A stretch of 64,000 nucleotides of DNA from Myxococcota bacterium. GTDB taxonomy: Bacteria > Myxococcota_A > UBA9160 > SMWR01. Location: assembly GCA_036560145.1 (NCBI GenBank), contig DATBRV010000011.1, positions 15,930-79,929 of the forward strand, given 5' to 3'. The notes beneath the pieces were generated by a model, which saw only the letters and a program-made list of their open reading frames with translations, made no database searches and had not been told where the DNA came from. This document shows positions 33,042 through 41,489 of the stretch, piece after piece (position 1 is the stretch's first letter; every line of letters begins with the position of its first letter). A program made the translations under genes and the position numbers.

Positions 33042-34291
33042 GCGCCGCGCCCGCCGCCGGATTCCAGCCCCCGCCGTTCCCGCTTCCGGTGCGGGTCGCG
33101 CTCACGGGCTGGCGCGCCCTGCAAGAGCTGGGACTGGCGCGGACCTCCCTCGACGAGGCGTCGCTGCTCGCGGCGGCGCGGCGCGAGAGCGGCCTGCGAG
33201 ATCTTGGCGACGAGTCCTTTCGGGGGCCGCTGCGCCAGCTGCTCGCGTCGTTGGAAGAGGAAGCCCACCTGCATCCGCTCGGCCGGCTGCTGCTCCGCCA
33301 GAGCCTGGTGCGCGCGCTGGTGAACCGCCTGCGCATCGAGGATCTCTGTCGCCGGCATCCGGAGATCGGCGAGCTGCCGGTCCGGGAGCCCGTCTTCGTG
33401 CTCGGGCTTCAGCGCACCGGCACCACCCTGCTGCACCGTCTGCTGACCTGCGAGCCCGCCCTTCGCCCGCTGCTCTCGTGGGAGGCGCTCAACCCGGCGC
33501 CATTTCCGGGTGTCATCCCGAGCGGAGGCCGCGACCCTCGCATGCGCCTCGCCGAAGTCGCCGAGCGCGGCCTGCGCTACCTCGCGCCGGAGTTCTTCGC
33601 GATCCATCCCGTCGAGGCGCACGCGCCGGAAGAGGACGTGCTGCTGCTCGACCTCAGCTTCATGAGCCCCACGGCCGACGCCACCCTGAGCGTTCCCCGC
33701 TACTCGGCCTGGCTGCGCGCCACCGATCAGCGCCCGTCGTACCAGATGTTCCGCCGCGCGATCCAGTTGTTGCTCTGGCAACGCCCCGGCCGCTGGCTCG
33801 GCAAGACCCCCCACCACCTCGAGAACCTCGACGCGCTGCTGGGCGTCTTTCCCGACGCGAAGGTGATCCAGACCCACCGCGACCCGGTGCGGGTGGTGGC
33901 GTCGTACGCGAGCATGATGGCCCACGGCCGGGCGATTTTCAGCGACCGCGTCGACGCCCGCGCGGTCGGCGCGCAGCTCGCCGGCCAGGCGGTGCGCGCC
34001 GTGACGCGCGCGATCTCGGTGCGCGACGCCGCGGCCTCTGGCGCGTTCCACGACGTCGCGTATCCGGACCTGCTCGCCGACCCGTTGAAGGAGATCCGGC
34101 GCATCTACGATTTTCTCGGGTTCTCGCTCGCGCCCGCGACCGAAGCCTCCATGCAGCGCTGGCTCGCCGCGAACCCCCAGAACAAGCGCGGCGTTCACCG
34201 CTACCGCCTCGAGGACTTCGGCCTGGACCGCGCGCAGCTCGAGCGGAGCTTCGAGCCCTATCGCCAGCGTTTCGGCGTGGCCGCCGAATGA
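33038..34291 (+). CDS. Sulfotransferase family protein (PAPS-dependent, Sulfotransfer_3-like)
   Basis: 5'-PSB loop VFVLGLQRTGTTLLHRLL. The start is provisionally TTG 33038, overlapping the upstream stop (TTGA). Confidence 0.75.
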   Translation: MSAAPAAGFQPPPFPLPVRVALTGWRALQELGLARTSLDEASLLAAARRESGLRDLGDESFRGPLRQLLASLEEEAHLHPLGRLLLRQSLVRALVNRLRIEDLCRRHPEIGELPVREPVFVLGLQRTGTTLLHRLLTCEPALRPLLSWEALNPAPFPGVIPSGGRDPRMRLAEVAERGLRYLAPEFFAIHPVEAHAPEEDVLLLDLSFMSPTADATLSVPRYSAWLRATDQRPSYQMFRRAIQLLLWQRPGRWLGKTPHHLENLDALLGVFPDAKVIQTHRDPVRVVASYASMMAHGRAIFSDRVDARAVGAQLAGQAVRAVTRAISVRDAAASGAFHDVAYPDLLADPLKEIRRIYDFLGFSLAPATEASMQRWLAANPQNKRGVHRYRLEDFGLDRAQLERSFEPYRQRFGVAAE

Positions 34292-34295
34292 GGAG

Positions 34296-35153
34296 GTGCG
34301 CGTGAGCGACATGCAAGGCCGCGTCTGCCTGGTGACCGGTGCCACCGACGGCCACGGCCGCGCGGTCGCCCGCGCGCTCGCAAAGCGGGGCGCCGACCTC
34401 GTAATGCTCGGACGCAGCCCCGAGAAATGCCGCCGCGTGCAGGCCGAGATCGCCGCCGAGAGCGGCGGCAAGAGCCCCGAGGTCCTGCTCTGCGATCTCG
34501 CCTCGCGCGAAGCGGTCGACCGCGCCGCCTCCGAATACCTCGCCAGCGGCAGGCCGCTGCACGTGCTCGTCAACAACGCGGGCCTTGTCAGCCAGACCCG
34601 CGAGTGCAACGCCGAGGGAATCGAGCTCACCTTCGCCGTCAACTACCTCTCGATGTTCCAGCTCACCCTGCGCCTGCTGCCGCGCCTGCTGGAGAGCGCC
34701 CCCGCGCGCATCGTGAACATCTCCTCCGACACCTATCGCATGGCCACGCTCGACTTCGCGGACCTCCAGCTCGAGCGCGGCTACTCCTTCATGCGCGCCT
34801 ACGGCCGCTCCAAGCTCGCCATCACGTACTTCACGCTCGAGCTCGCCCGCCGCCTCGCAGGCCGCGGCGTCACCGTGAACGCCGTCGATCCGGGGCCGGT
34901 TGCGTCGAACATCGGCGCCAACAACCCGGGCCTCGCCTACCGGATCGTCGCGCCGATCATCCGCCGTCTCTTCCCCAGCCCGGAGCGCGCCGCGCGCACG
35001 GCCCTGATGCTCGCCACCGACCCGAAGCTCGAAGCGGAGACCGGCGGCTACTACCGCTCCCTCCGGAGGCGGGAGCGTCCGCTGGTGTTCGACACGGCGA
35101 CCAGCGACCGGCTGTGGCGACTCAGCGCCGAGCTGACGCGCGTTTCGATGTGA
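34296..35153 (+). CDS. Short-chain dehydrogenase/reductase (SDR)
   Basis: VTGATDGHGRA, NNAG and YGRSK catalytic motifs. Confidence 0.9.
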   Translation: MRVSDMQGRVCLVTGATDGHGRAVARALAKRGADLVMLGRSPEKCRRVQAEIAAESGGKSPEVLLCDLASREAVDRAASEYLASGRPLHVLVNNAGLVSQTRECNAEGIELTFAVNYLSMFQLTLRLLPRLLESAPARIVNISSDTYRMATLDFADLQLERGYSFMRAYGRSKLAITYFTLELARRLAGRGVTVNAVDPGPVASNIGANNPGLAYRIVAPIIRRLFPSPERAARTALMLATDPKLEAETGGYYRSLRRRERPLVFDTATSDRLWRLSAELTRVSM

Positions 35154-35503
35154 GGAAGATCCTGGCGTTCGCCTGCGTCGTCGAGGTCGGCACCGGCCTC
35201 GCCCTGATGATCGATCCTGCCCTCGTCGTGAGGGCGCTGCTGGGCGCGATGATCTCCCCGATCGGGACGCTGCTCGGCCGCTGCTTCGGCATCGCGCTGC
35301 TCTCGCTCGGAGTCGCGTGCTGGCCGGGCCGGCTGCACGTCGCGAGCGGCTCGCCCGCCGTCCGGGCGATGCTGATCTACAACGCGCTGATCGCGTTGTA
35401 TCTCGCCTACCTCGGAACCATCGCGCATCTGGGCGGCGCGCTGCTCTGGCCGGCCGTCGTGCTGCACGGCGTGGTGGCGGGACTACTCCTGAATCGCCGC
35501 TGA
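35150..35503 (+). CDS. Small 4-TM membrane protein (hypothetical)
   Basis: GTG 35150 overlaps the SDR stop (ATGTGA). VRKILAFACVVEVGTGLALMI... Confidence 0.55.
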   Translation: MRKILAFACVVEVGTGLALMIDPALVVRALLGAMISPIGTLLGRCFGIALLSLGVACWPGRLHVASGSPAVRAMLIYNALIALYLAYLGTIAHLGGALLWPAVVLHGVVAGLLLNRR

Positions 35504-35956
35504 GAGCTGAAGCGCGACGAAGCCGAGCACTCCGGCGAAACACAGCAGGTGATCCCGGCAGATCGACCGCGCCAGCGCGCTCTGCCGTGCGGCCGGGTCC
35601 TTGCGGGCGCCCAGGCGCACCGCGTTCGGAACCACCCGCCCGACGGCGAGCAGGATCGGGGCGCCGGAGAGCAGCAGCGACGCGAACGCCCGCCAGCGCG
35701 GGCCCTGGCCCCCGGCGATCTGGACCGCCAGCGTGATCAGCGTGATCGCCATGGCCACCGCCACCAGGTGACCCATCGGCGAAGCGTCAGTGGTGACGCG
35801 GCGATAGTACCCGGCGATCGAGGCGAGCACGGGCTCCGGCAGCTCGGCGTCCGGCCGCCGCGAGCGCAGCACCTGGACGTCGAACATCAGGTCCATCCAC
35901 AAGACCGCCAGCAGGAACCCGCCGCAGGCGGCGAGGATCGCGGACGTGGTTGCCAT
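35483..35956 (-). CDS. Membrane protein (hypothetical)
   Basis: ATG 35956 gives MATTSAILAACGGFLLAVLWMDL...; 4 TM. Confidence 0.6.
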   Translation of the reverse strand: MATTSAILAACGGFLLAVLWMDLMFDVQVLRSRRPDAELPEPVLASIAGYYRRVTTDASPMGHLVAVAMAITLITLAVQIAGGQGPRWRAFASLLLSGAPILLAVGRVVPNAVRLGARKDPAARQSALARSICRDHLLCFAGVLGFVALQLSAAIQE

Positions 35957-36030
35957 AGTGACCTGCCTCCGCGGCGCCATGGCCGCTTTGGCATCGCCCG
36001 CTGGAGAACTTGCTACGCTGCCGCGCGTCG

Positions 36031-36510
36031 ATGAACGCTCTGCCCCTCAGCGACCTGGTGGCAGCCTTCCGCTCTTGCTCGCTCCCGCGCCAGCAGTGGA
36101 CGCATGTCGCCCACCTTCGCGTCGGGGCATGGCACGTGCACCATCACGGCGCCGCCCCCGCGCTCCCGATGCTGCGAAGCGGAATCCGGCGGCTGAACGA
36201 CCACCACGGAACCTTGAACTCGCCCACCAGTGGATATCATGAGACGATCACGGCCGCCTATGTGCGCCTGATCGAAGCCTTCCTCTTCGCATTCTACACG
36301 GAGGTTTCGCTCGAGCATCGGGTGGAGGCCCTGGTTGGAAGCTCTCTCGGAGAGAGGTCCGTTCTCTTCAGGTACTGGTCGCGGGACCTGTTGATGTCCG
36401 CGCGAGCGCGGACTGAATGGGTGCCTCCCGACCTGGGGCCGCTGGTGGTTCACCCGGAGGCGCTTTCACGGACGGGCGTGTGGAACCATGCGCAAGAGGA
36501 GTCGACATGA
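36031..36510 (+). CDS. Hypothetical protein
   Basis: ATG 36031. Contains HVAHLRVGAWHV...GYHETITAAY; I recognised no family. Confidence 0.5.
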   Translation: MNALPLSDLVAAFRSCSLPRQQWTHVAHLRVGAWHVHHHGAAPALPMLRSGIRRLNDHHGTLNSPTSGYHETITAAYVRLIEAFLFAFYTEVSLEHRVEALVGSSLGERSVLFRYWSRDLLMSARARTEWVPPDLGPLVVHPEALSRTGVWNHAQEEST

Positions 36511-36872
36511 AGAAGTGCCATCTCATCGCTGCATTCTCGGCATCGATCCTGATCGTCGCGGGCTGCACCACCACGGCCAAGTTCATCGTGCCCCCCGACA
36601 CCGAGCTGTACATCTACGAGCGCCCGGAACCCGTCGCGGTCGCGGCTGACGGAACGGTCACCACCCGGCCTTATTTCTGGACCGCCGCCGGTGGGGTTCC
36701 CTACTCACTTCGGAAGGACGGAGTCGTGGTCAAGGTGGGCAAACTGCGGACGAAGTTCCGCGTGGTTTCCCTCTTCTGGCCGCCCTTTGCTGAAGCGTAC
36801 TGGCCCATGGGACTGAATTCCTCGCTCACCTACGACCTCGTGAACGAGACGCAGGGAATCAAGAAGCGATAG
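36507..36872 (+). CDS. Lipoprotein (hypothetical)
   Basis: ATGA overlap with the previous gene; lipobox ILIVAGC. Lower G+C than the surroundings. Confidence 0.7.
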   Translation: MKKCHLIAAFSASILIVAGCTTTAKFIVPPDTELYIYERPEPVAVAADGTVTTRPYFWTAAGGVPYSLRKDGVVVKVGKLRTKFRVVSLFWPPFAEAYWPMGLNSSLTYDLVNETQGIKKR

Positions 36873-36996
36873 CGCGCGGCCCGGCCGCGGGCGGCGGTCC
36901 TGCCGCAGGAAACGAGCTGCATTCCGCAGGCTGCGCCGTTCGTGCAAGCTGTGGGGCCTGGCGGTCACCCGCCACCTACAGAAGGGAGATTGCGCG

Positions 36997-37308
36997 ATGA
37001 GCTACCGAGCCGTGGCTGGACTGCTGATCGGCGGGGCGATGTTCATTTTTCTCGCGATGTTCACCGTCTCGATGGCCACCAGCGGAAGCGCGGTGAGCGG
37101 CTTCGGCAACGGAGGCAACCGCGTGTACGCGGATCCGACGCGCGACGAGCTGGCGGAGCTGCTGGTCTCCACGGGATCGGCGCCCGAAGTCTCCGACGAA
37201 GCCCTGCGAGCGATCCACGAGGCGATCAGCCGTCGCGCAGCCGCCGGGGAGCTCGATGCGGCCCTGGTCGTGCTCCAGGTGGCAGCTCTCCAGCGCGAGA
37301 TCGAATAG
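36997..37308 (+). CDS. Small membrane-anchored protein (hypothetical)
   Basis: GAAGGGAGA lies upstream of the ATG. N-terminal TM GLLIGGAMFIFLAMFTV. Confidence 0.55.
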   Translation: MSYRAVAGLLIGGAMFIFLAMFTVSMATSGSAVSGFGNGGNRVYADPTRDELAELLVSTGSAPEVSDEALRAIHEAISRRAAAGELDAALVVLQVAALQREIE

Positions 37309-37313
37309 CGCGC

Positions 37314-37778
37314 CTAGCGGGTCAGCGGCCGATCGAGCTGCGTGCGCCACTTCGCCGGATCGGACCCCGACTCCGGACCCGCGAGGTAACACTCCCAGAG
37401 CTCCGCCGTCGGCGTGTGCCGCTCGGCCGCGATCCACGCCATGAACTCGCCCCACGCAGAAGCGAGCCCCTCGTAGGGTCCGTGGTAGACCGTGCGCGCC
37501 ACCCGCATGGCGGGCCGGTGGCTCGGCTGGATCCGGCCCGCGGCCGCGACGGGCTTCGCGACCGGCACGCCGATCTCGAAGTCGAAGACCTCCCCGGGCA
37601 TCTTCAGATGGTGCGTGAACCACGGCCCGGTGATGGCGATACGCTGGGCCGCGACGGCGGCCTTCAGCTCGCCGAGGCCCGGCCCCATCACCTTCTGGAT
37701 CTCCTCCCGAGGCACGGTGAGCCGGATCACGGCGATGGCCTGGGCGGCGGTCTGAACGATCTGCGGTTTGTCGATCAC
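37314..37778 (-). CDS. GyrI-like (SbmC/AraC effector-binding type) small-molecule-binding protein
   Basis: 154 aa; ..AIAVIRLTVPREEI....GPWFTHH...VYHGPYEGL...W; no HTH. Confidence 0.6.
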   Translation of the reverse strand: MIDKPQIVQTAAQAIAVIRLTVPREEIQKVMGPGLGELKAAVAAQRIAITGPWFTHHLKMPGEVFDFEIGVPVAKPVAAAGRIQPSHRPAMRVARTVYHGPYEGLASAWGEFMAWIAAERHTPTAELWECYLAGPESGSDPAKWRTQLDRPLTR

Positions 37779-37875
37779 GGGGGTCTCCTCGCAGGGGCGT
37801 CCGCGTCTTCAACCTGGATGACGTGCGAGCGGTGTGGAAATCGACAGGCGCGCCCGGGGAATTCTGCCGGTCCGA

Positions 37876-37892
37876 TTTGACGATGCGTCAGA
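37876..37892. promoter_or_regulatory. 17-bp palindromic operator, third copy (TTTGACGATGCGTCAGA)
   Basis: Matches 13-14 of 17 positions of the two sites at 45214-45251 and keeps the TGAC...GTCA/TCAGA symmetry. Lies 41 nt upstream of the DUF35 gene start. Confidence 0.5.
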
Positions 37893-37932
37893 TTTTTCTG
37901 GTAGGCTGTCGGGCGTGGCAGACGTCTTCCGG

Positions 37933-38325
37933 ATGCTTCCCAAGGTCACGTCGAAGAACGAGCACTTCTGGCGCGGCGGCGAGCGCGGCGAGCTGTGCTT
38001 TCTGCGCTGCCGGCCCTGCGGCCACTACATCCACCCGCCGCAGCCCCTCTGCCCCGCTTGCCTCTCGAAGGACCTGGCGCCGGCGGCCGTCTCCGGCCTC
38101 GCCACGGTCGCGACCTTCACGCTCAACCACCAGCCCTGGGTGCCGGCCCCCGATCATCCCTACGCGATCGCGATCGTCGAGATCGACGAGCAGCCGAGCG
38201 TGAGGCTGATGACGAACATCGTCGGCTGCCCGGCCGAAGCGGTGCGCATCGGCATGCGCGTGCGCGTCGTCTTCGAGCATCGCGAGGACGTGTACCTCCC
38301 GCTCTTCCAGCCGGTGGACGCCTGA
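37933..38325 (+). CDS. DUF35 OB-fold / zinc-ribbon protein (thiolase partner)
   Basis: FLRCRPCGHYIHPPQPLCPACLS is followed by an OB fold. Confidence 0.8.
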   Translation: MLPKVTSKNEHFWRGGERGELCFLRCRPCGHYIHPPQPLCPACLSKDLAPAAVSGLATVATFTLNHQPWVPAPDHPYAIAIVEIDEQPSVRLMTNIVGCPAEAVRIGMRVRVVFEHREDVYLPLFQPVDA

Positions 38326-39533
38326 TGGAGATCCTCGAGCGGCGCGCGGCGATCACCGGGATCGGGCAGAGCGACATCGGCCGGCGCCTGAACCGCGATC
38401 CGCTCGAGCTGACGCTCGACGCCTGCCTCGCGGCGATCGCGGACGCGGGCCTCACGCGCGAGGACATCGACGGCCTCGCCACCTACCCGGGCAGCATGGG
38501 CGGCGCGCCGGGCTTCTCCGGCGCGGGCATCACGGAAGTGCACGACGCGCTGCGCCTGAACCTCAACTGGTTTACCGGTGGTCTCGAACTACCCGGACAA
38601 CTTGGCTCGGTGATCAACGCCTGCCTGGCGGTGGCCTGCGGCCTCGCGAAGCACGTGCTTTGCTTCCGATCGGTCTGGGAGGCGACCGCGCAGGGGGCCG
38701 GCGGCCGCGCGCCGATCGGCGGCGGTGCGTCGTCCGAAGGGGGAGGGCGGGCGCCGCGCGCGGTGGGCTCCATGCTGGAGTTCACGCTGCCCTTCCGCGC
38801 CTACTCGGCCGCGAACTGGGTGGCGCTCGCCGCGCAGCGACACTTCCACGAGTTTGGCACCACCCGCGAGCAGCTCGCGCAGATCGCGCTCAACGCGCGC
38901 AAGAACGCCGCGGGAAATCCCAAGGCGGTCTACCGCGAGCCGATGACGCCGGAGAGCTACTTCGCGGCGCGCATGATCAGCACGCCGTTCTGCCTGTTCG
39001 ACTGCGACGTCCCCGTCGACGGCGCGACCGCGGTGATCGTCTCCCGGGCCGACGCGGCGCGCGATCTACGCCGCCCGCCGCTGCGGGTCGAGGCGGTCGG
39101 CTCGGCGCTGCACGGCCGGCCCTCCTGGGACCAGTTCGACGACCTCACCACGATGGCGATGCGCGACGCCGGCGCGATGCTCTGGACGCGCACGGACCTG
39201 AAACCCGCGGACGTCGACGTCGCCCAGCTCTACGACGGCTTCAGCTTCCTCGCGCTGGCCTGGCTCGAGGGGCTGGGCTTCTGCCGCAAGGGCGAAGGGG
39301 GACCCTTCATCGAGGGCGGCAAGCGGATTGCCCTCGACGGCGAGCTGCCGCTCAACACCAATGGCGGTCAGCTCTCGGGCGGACGGCTGCACGGCTACGG
39401 CTTCCTGCACGAGGCCTGCCTTCAGCTCTGGGGCGAGGGCGGCGCGCGCCAGGTTCCGGGGGGCCCCCGCGTGGCGGTCGCCGCCGCGGGCGGAGGTCCG
39501 CTGGCAGGCTGTCTGCTCGTGACGAGGCCGTGA
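38325..39533 (+). CDS. Thiolase-fold lipid-transfer-type protein (SCP-x/Ltp-like)
   Basis: TGATG overlap with the previous gene. MEILERRAAITGIGQSDIGRR...; C-terminal LNTNGGQLSGGRLHGYG. Confidence 0.8.
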   Translation: MEILERRAAITGIGQSDIGRRLNRDPLELTLDACLAAIADAGLTREDIDGLATYPGSMGGAPGFSGAGITEVHDALRLNLNWFTGGLELPGQLGSVINACLAVACGLAKHVLCFRSVWEATAQGAGGRAPIGGGASSEGGGRAPRAVGSMLEFTLPFRAYSAANWVALAAQRHFHEFGTTREQLAQIALNARKNAAGNPKAVYREPMTPESYFAARMISTPFCLFDCDVPVDGATAVIVSRADAARDLRRPPLRVEAVGSALHGRPSWDQFDDLTTMAMRDAGAMLWTRTDLKPADVDVAQLYDGFSFLALAWLEGLGFCRKGEGGPFIEGGKRIALDGELPLNTNGGQLSGGRLHGYGFLHEACLQLWGEGGARQVPGGPRVAVAAAGGGPLAGCLLVTRP

Positions 39534-40189
39534 TGGGGGATCCGGGCGCGCTTCCCGATCGACTGCGCCCGGCGCTCTCCGTCTTCTTCCAGCACGCGAG
39601 CCCGCGCGTGCTGAGCGCGCTGGTCGCTGCGGCGCTCGGCATCCGCGTGGCGCTCGGGAACTGGTCGGCCTGGGACGCCGCGATCCCGCTCATGCTCCTC
39701 TGCTTCTGGCCGCTCCAGGAGTGGCTGATCCACGTCTTCATCCTGCACTACCGGCCGGTGACGCTGTTCGGGCGCCAGCTCGACTTCAAGGTGCCGCGGC
39801 TGCACCGCGAGCATCATCAGGATCCCTGGCGCCTCGATCTGGTCTTCATCCCGATCCACGTGTTCGCCTACACGCCGCTCACGGTCGGGGCGCTCGTGCT
39901 GCTCGGCCTTCCGCAGCCGCAGCTGGTCGCGACGGGCCTCGCCGCGTATTACGCGCTCTCGCTCCACTACGAGTGGGTGCATTTCATGATCCACACGCGC
40001 TATCGGCCGCGCCTCGGCTACTACCAGCGCCTCGCGCGCAATCACCTGCTGCATCACTTCCGCAACGAGCACTACTGGTATGGCGTCACCATGCTTCAGG
40101 CCGACGGCTGGCTGGGCACGGCGCCGGTCCCGAATGAGGTGCCGAAATCGGAGACGGCCATGACGCTCGCGCCCCAGGCGGGGAGCTAG
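39533..40189 (+). CDS. Fatty acid hydroxylase / sterol desaturase family membrane protein
   Basis: TGATG overlap with the previous gene. His boxes HREHH, HFMIH and HHFRNEH. Confidence 0.8.
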   Translation: MGDPGALPDRLRPALSVFFQHASPRVLSALVAAALGIRVALGNWSAWDAAIPLMLLCFWPLQEWLIHVFILHYRPVTLFGRQLDFKVPRLHREHHQDPWRLDLVFIPIHVFAYTPLTVGALVLLGLPQPQLVATGLAAYYALSLHYEWVHFMIHTRYRPRLGYYQRLARNHLLHHFRNEHYWYGVTMLQADGWLGTAPVPNEVPKSETAMTLAPQAGS

Positions 40190-40192
40190 CCG

Positions 40193-41422
40193 GTGCGCGC
40201 GCTGGTGGTCGAGGCGGGCTTCGCGCGGCTGGCGGCCACGAAGGTCCTGTCCTGGCTGACGCCGCGCGCGTTCCTCGGGCCGCTCGCCCCGATCCGGCTG
40301 CGCGAGATCGCGGACCCGGAATTGCCCGCTCCGGACTGGGTGGTGCTGCGCACGCAGCTATGCGGCCTCTGCGGGAGCGACTACAAGCAGGTGTTCCTGA
40401 ACGGCCGCATCGACAACCCGATGACGGCTCTCGTCTCGTTCCCGCAGGTGCTGGGACACGAGGTGGTGGCGCGGATCGAACGGATCGGCCCGGGCGTGCG
40501 CACGCGCCGCGTGGGGGAGCGCGTGGTGCTGAACCCCTGGCTCTCCTGCGCGCCGCGCGGGCTCCCGCTCTGCGAGTGGTGCCGGCAGGGGGAACTCGCC
40601 CAGTGCCTCAACTTCACGCGCGGGACCCTGACCAGGGGCATCCACCACGGCAACTCGAGCCAGGCGACGGGCGGGATGGCGCCGCTGGTGCCGGCGCACG
40701 AATCGCAGTGCATCCCGATCCCCGACGAGATCTCGGATGAAGCAGCCGTGCTCGCCGACCCTTTCGCGGTGTCGCTGCACGCGATCCTGCACCATCCGCC
40801 GCCCGCGGGAGGGGCGGCGCTGGTCTACGGCTGCGGCACGCTGGGGCTGCTCGCGATCGCGATCCTGCGCTCGCTGCACCCCGCGGTGCGCGTGCTGGCG
40901 GTGGCGCGCTTCCCGCATCAGGCCGAGCTCGCGCGTCGCTTCGGCGCCGAGACGGTGCTGCCGCACCAGCCCGCGCGCGCGGTGATCGAGGGCGTCGGGC
41001 ACGCGCTCGGCGTCGAGCTGCGCGAGCCTTGGTACGGTCTCCCGATGCTGAACGGCGGCGCCGACGTGGTCTACGACACGGTGACCGCGCCGGCCACGCT
41101 CGAGGTGGGCGTGCGCGTGACGCGAACCCGCGGCCGGATCGTGGCGCTCGGCGTCGAGGTCCCGAAGGCCTTCGAATGGACGCCGCTCTACCACAAGGAG
41201 CTGGCGCTGGTGGGCTCGAATGCCTTCGCGTTCGAGACCTTCGAGGGCCGCCGCCAGCATGCGATGGAGTGGTACTTCGAGCTGATTCGGACCCGACGCA
41301 TCGACGTGACGCCGATCCTGACCCACCGCTTCCCGCTGGCCGATTACCGCAAGGCCTTCCTGGCCTGCCATGACCAGGGCGCGAGCGGCGCGGTCAAGGT
41401 GCTCTTCGACCGCTTCGACTAG
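40193..41422 (+). CDS. Zinc-dependent medium-chain alcohol dehydrogenase family protein
   Basis: CGLCGSD, GHEVVARI, structural-zinc Cys cluster C..C..C..C and GCGTLGL. Confidence 0.85.
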   Translation: MRALVVEAGFARLAATKVLSWLTPRAFLGPLAPIRLREIADPELPAPDWVVLRTQLCGLCGSDYKQVFLNGRIDNPMTALVSFPQVLGHEVVARIERIGPGVRTRRVGERVVLNPWLSCAPRGLPLCEWCRQGELAQCLNFTRGTLTRGIHHGNSSQATGGMAPLVPAHESQCIPIPDEISDEAAVLADPFAVSLHAILHHPPPAGGAALVYGCGTLGLLAIAILRSLHPAVRVLAVARFPHQAELARRFGAETVLPHQPARAVIEGVGHALGVELREPWYGLPMLNGGADVVYDTVTAPATLEVGVRVTRTRGRIVALGVEVPKAFEWTPLYHKELALVGSNAFAFETFEGRRQHAMEWYFELIRTRRIDVTPILTHRFPLADYRKAFLACHDQGASGAVKVLFDRFD

Positions 41423-41489
41423 GTCGCCCGGCCCTGCGCTCCGCCAGCGTCCGGTCGCCGCGAGCGCGGGCGCGTGGTAACACTATGCG

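Noticed and set aside
37877-37907. Sigma-70-type promoter: TTGACG (-35) and TAGGCT (-10) upstream of the DUF35 operon.
   Set aside because: The spacer is 19 nt, longer than the 16-18 nt optimum, and the -10 is weak. It is mentioned only as context for the operator, not called as a feature.
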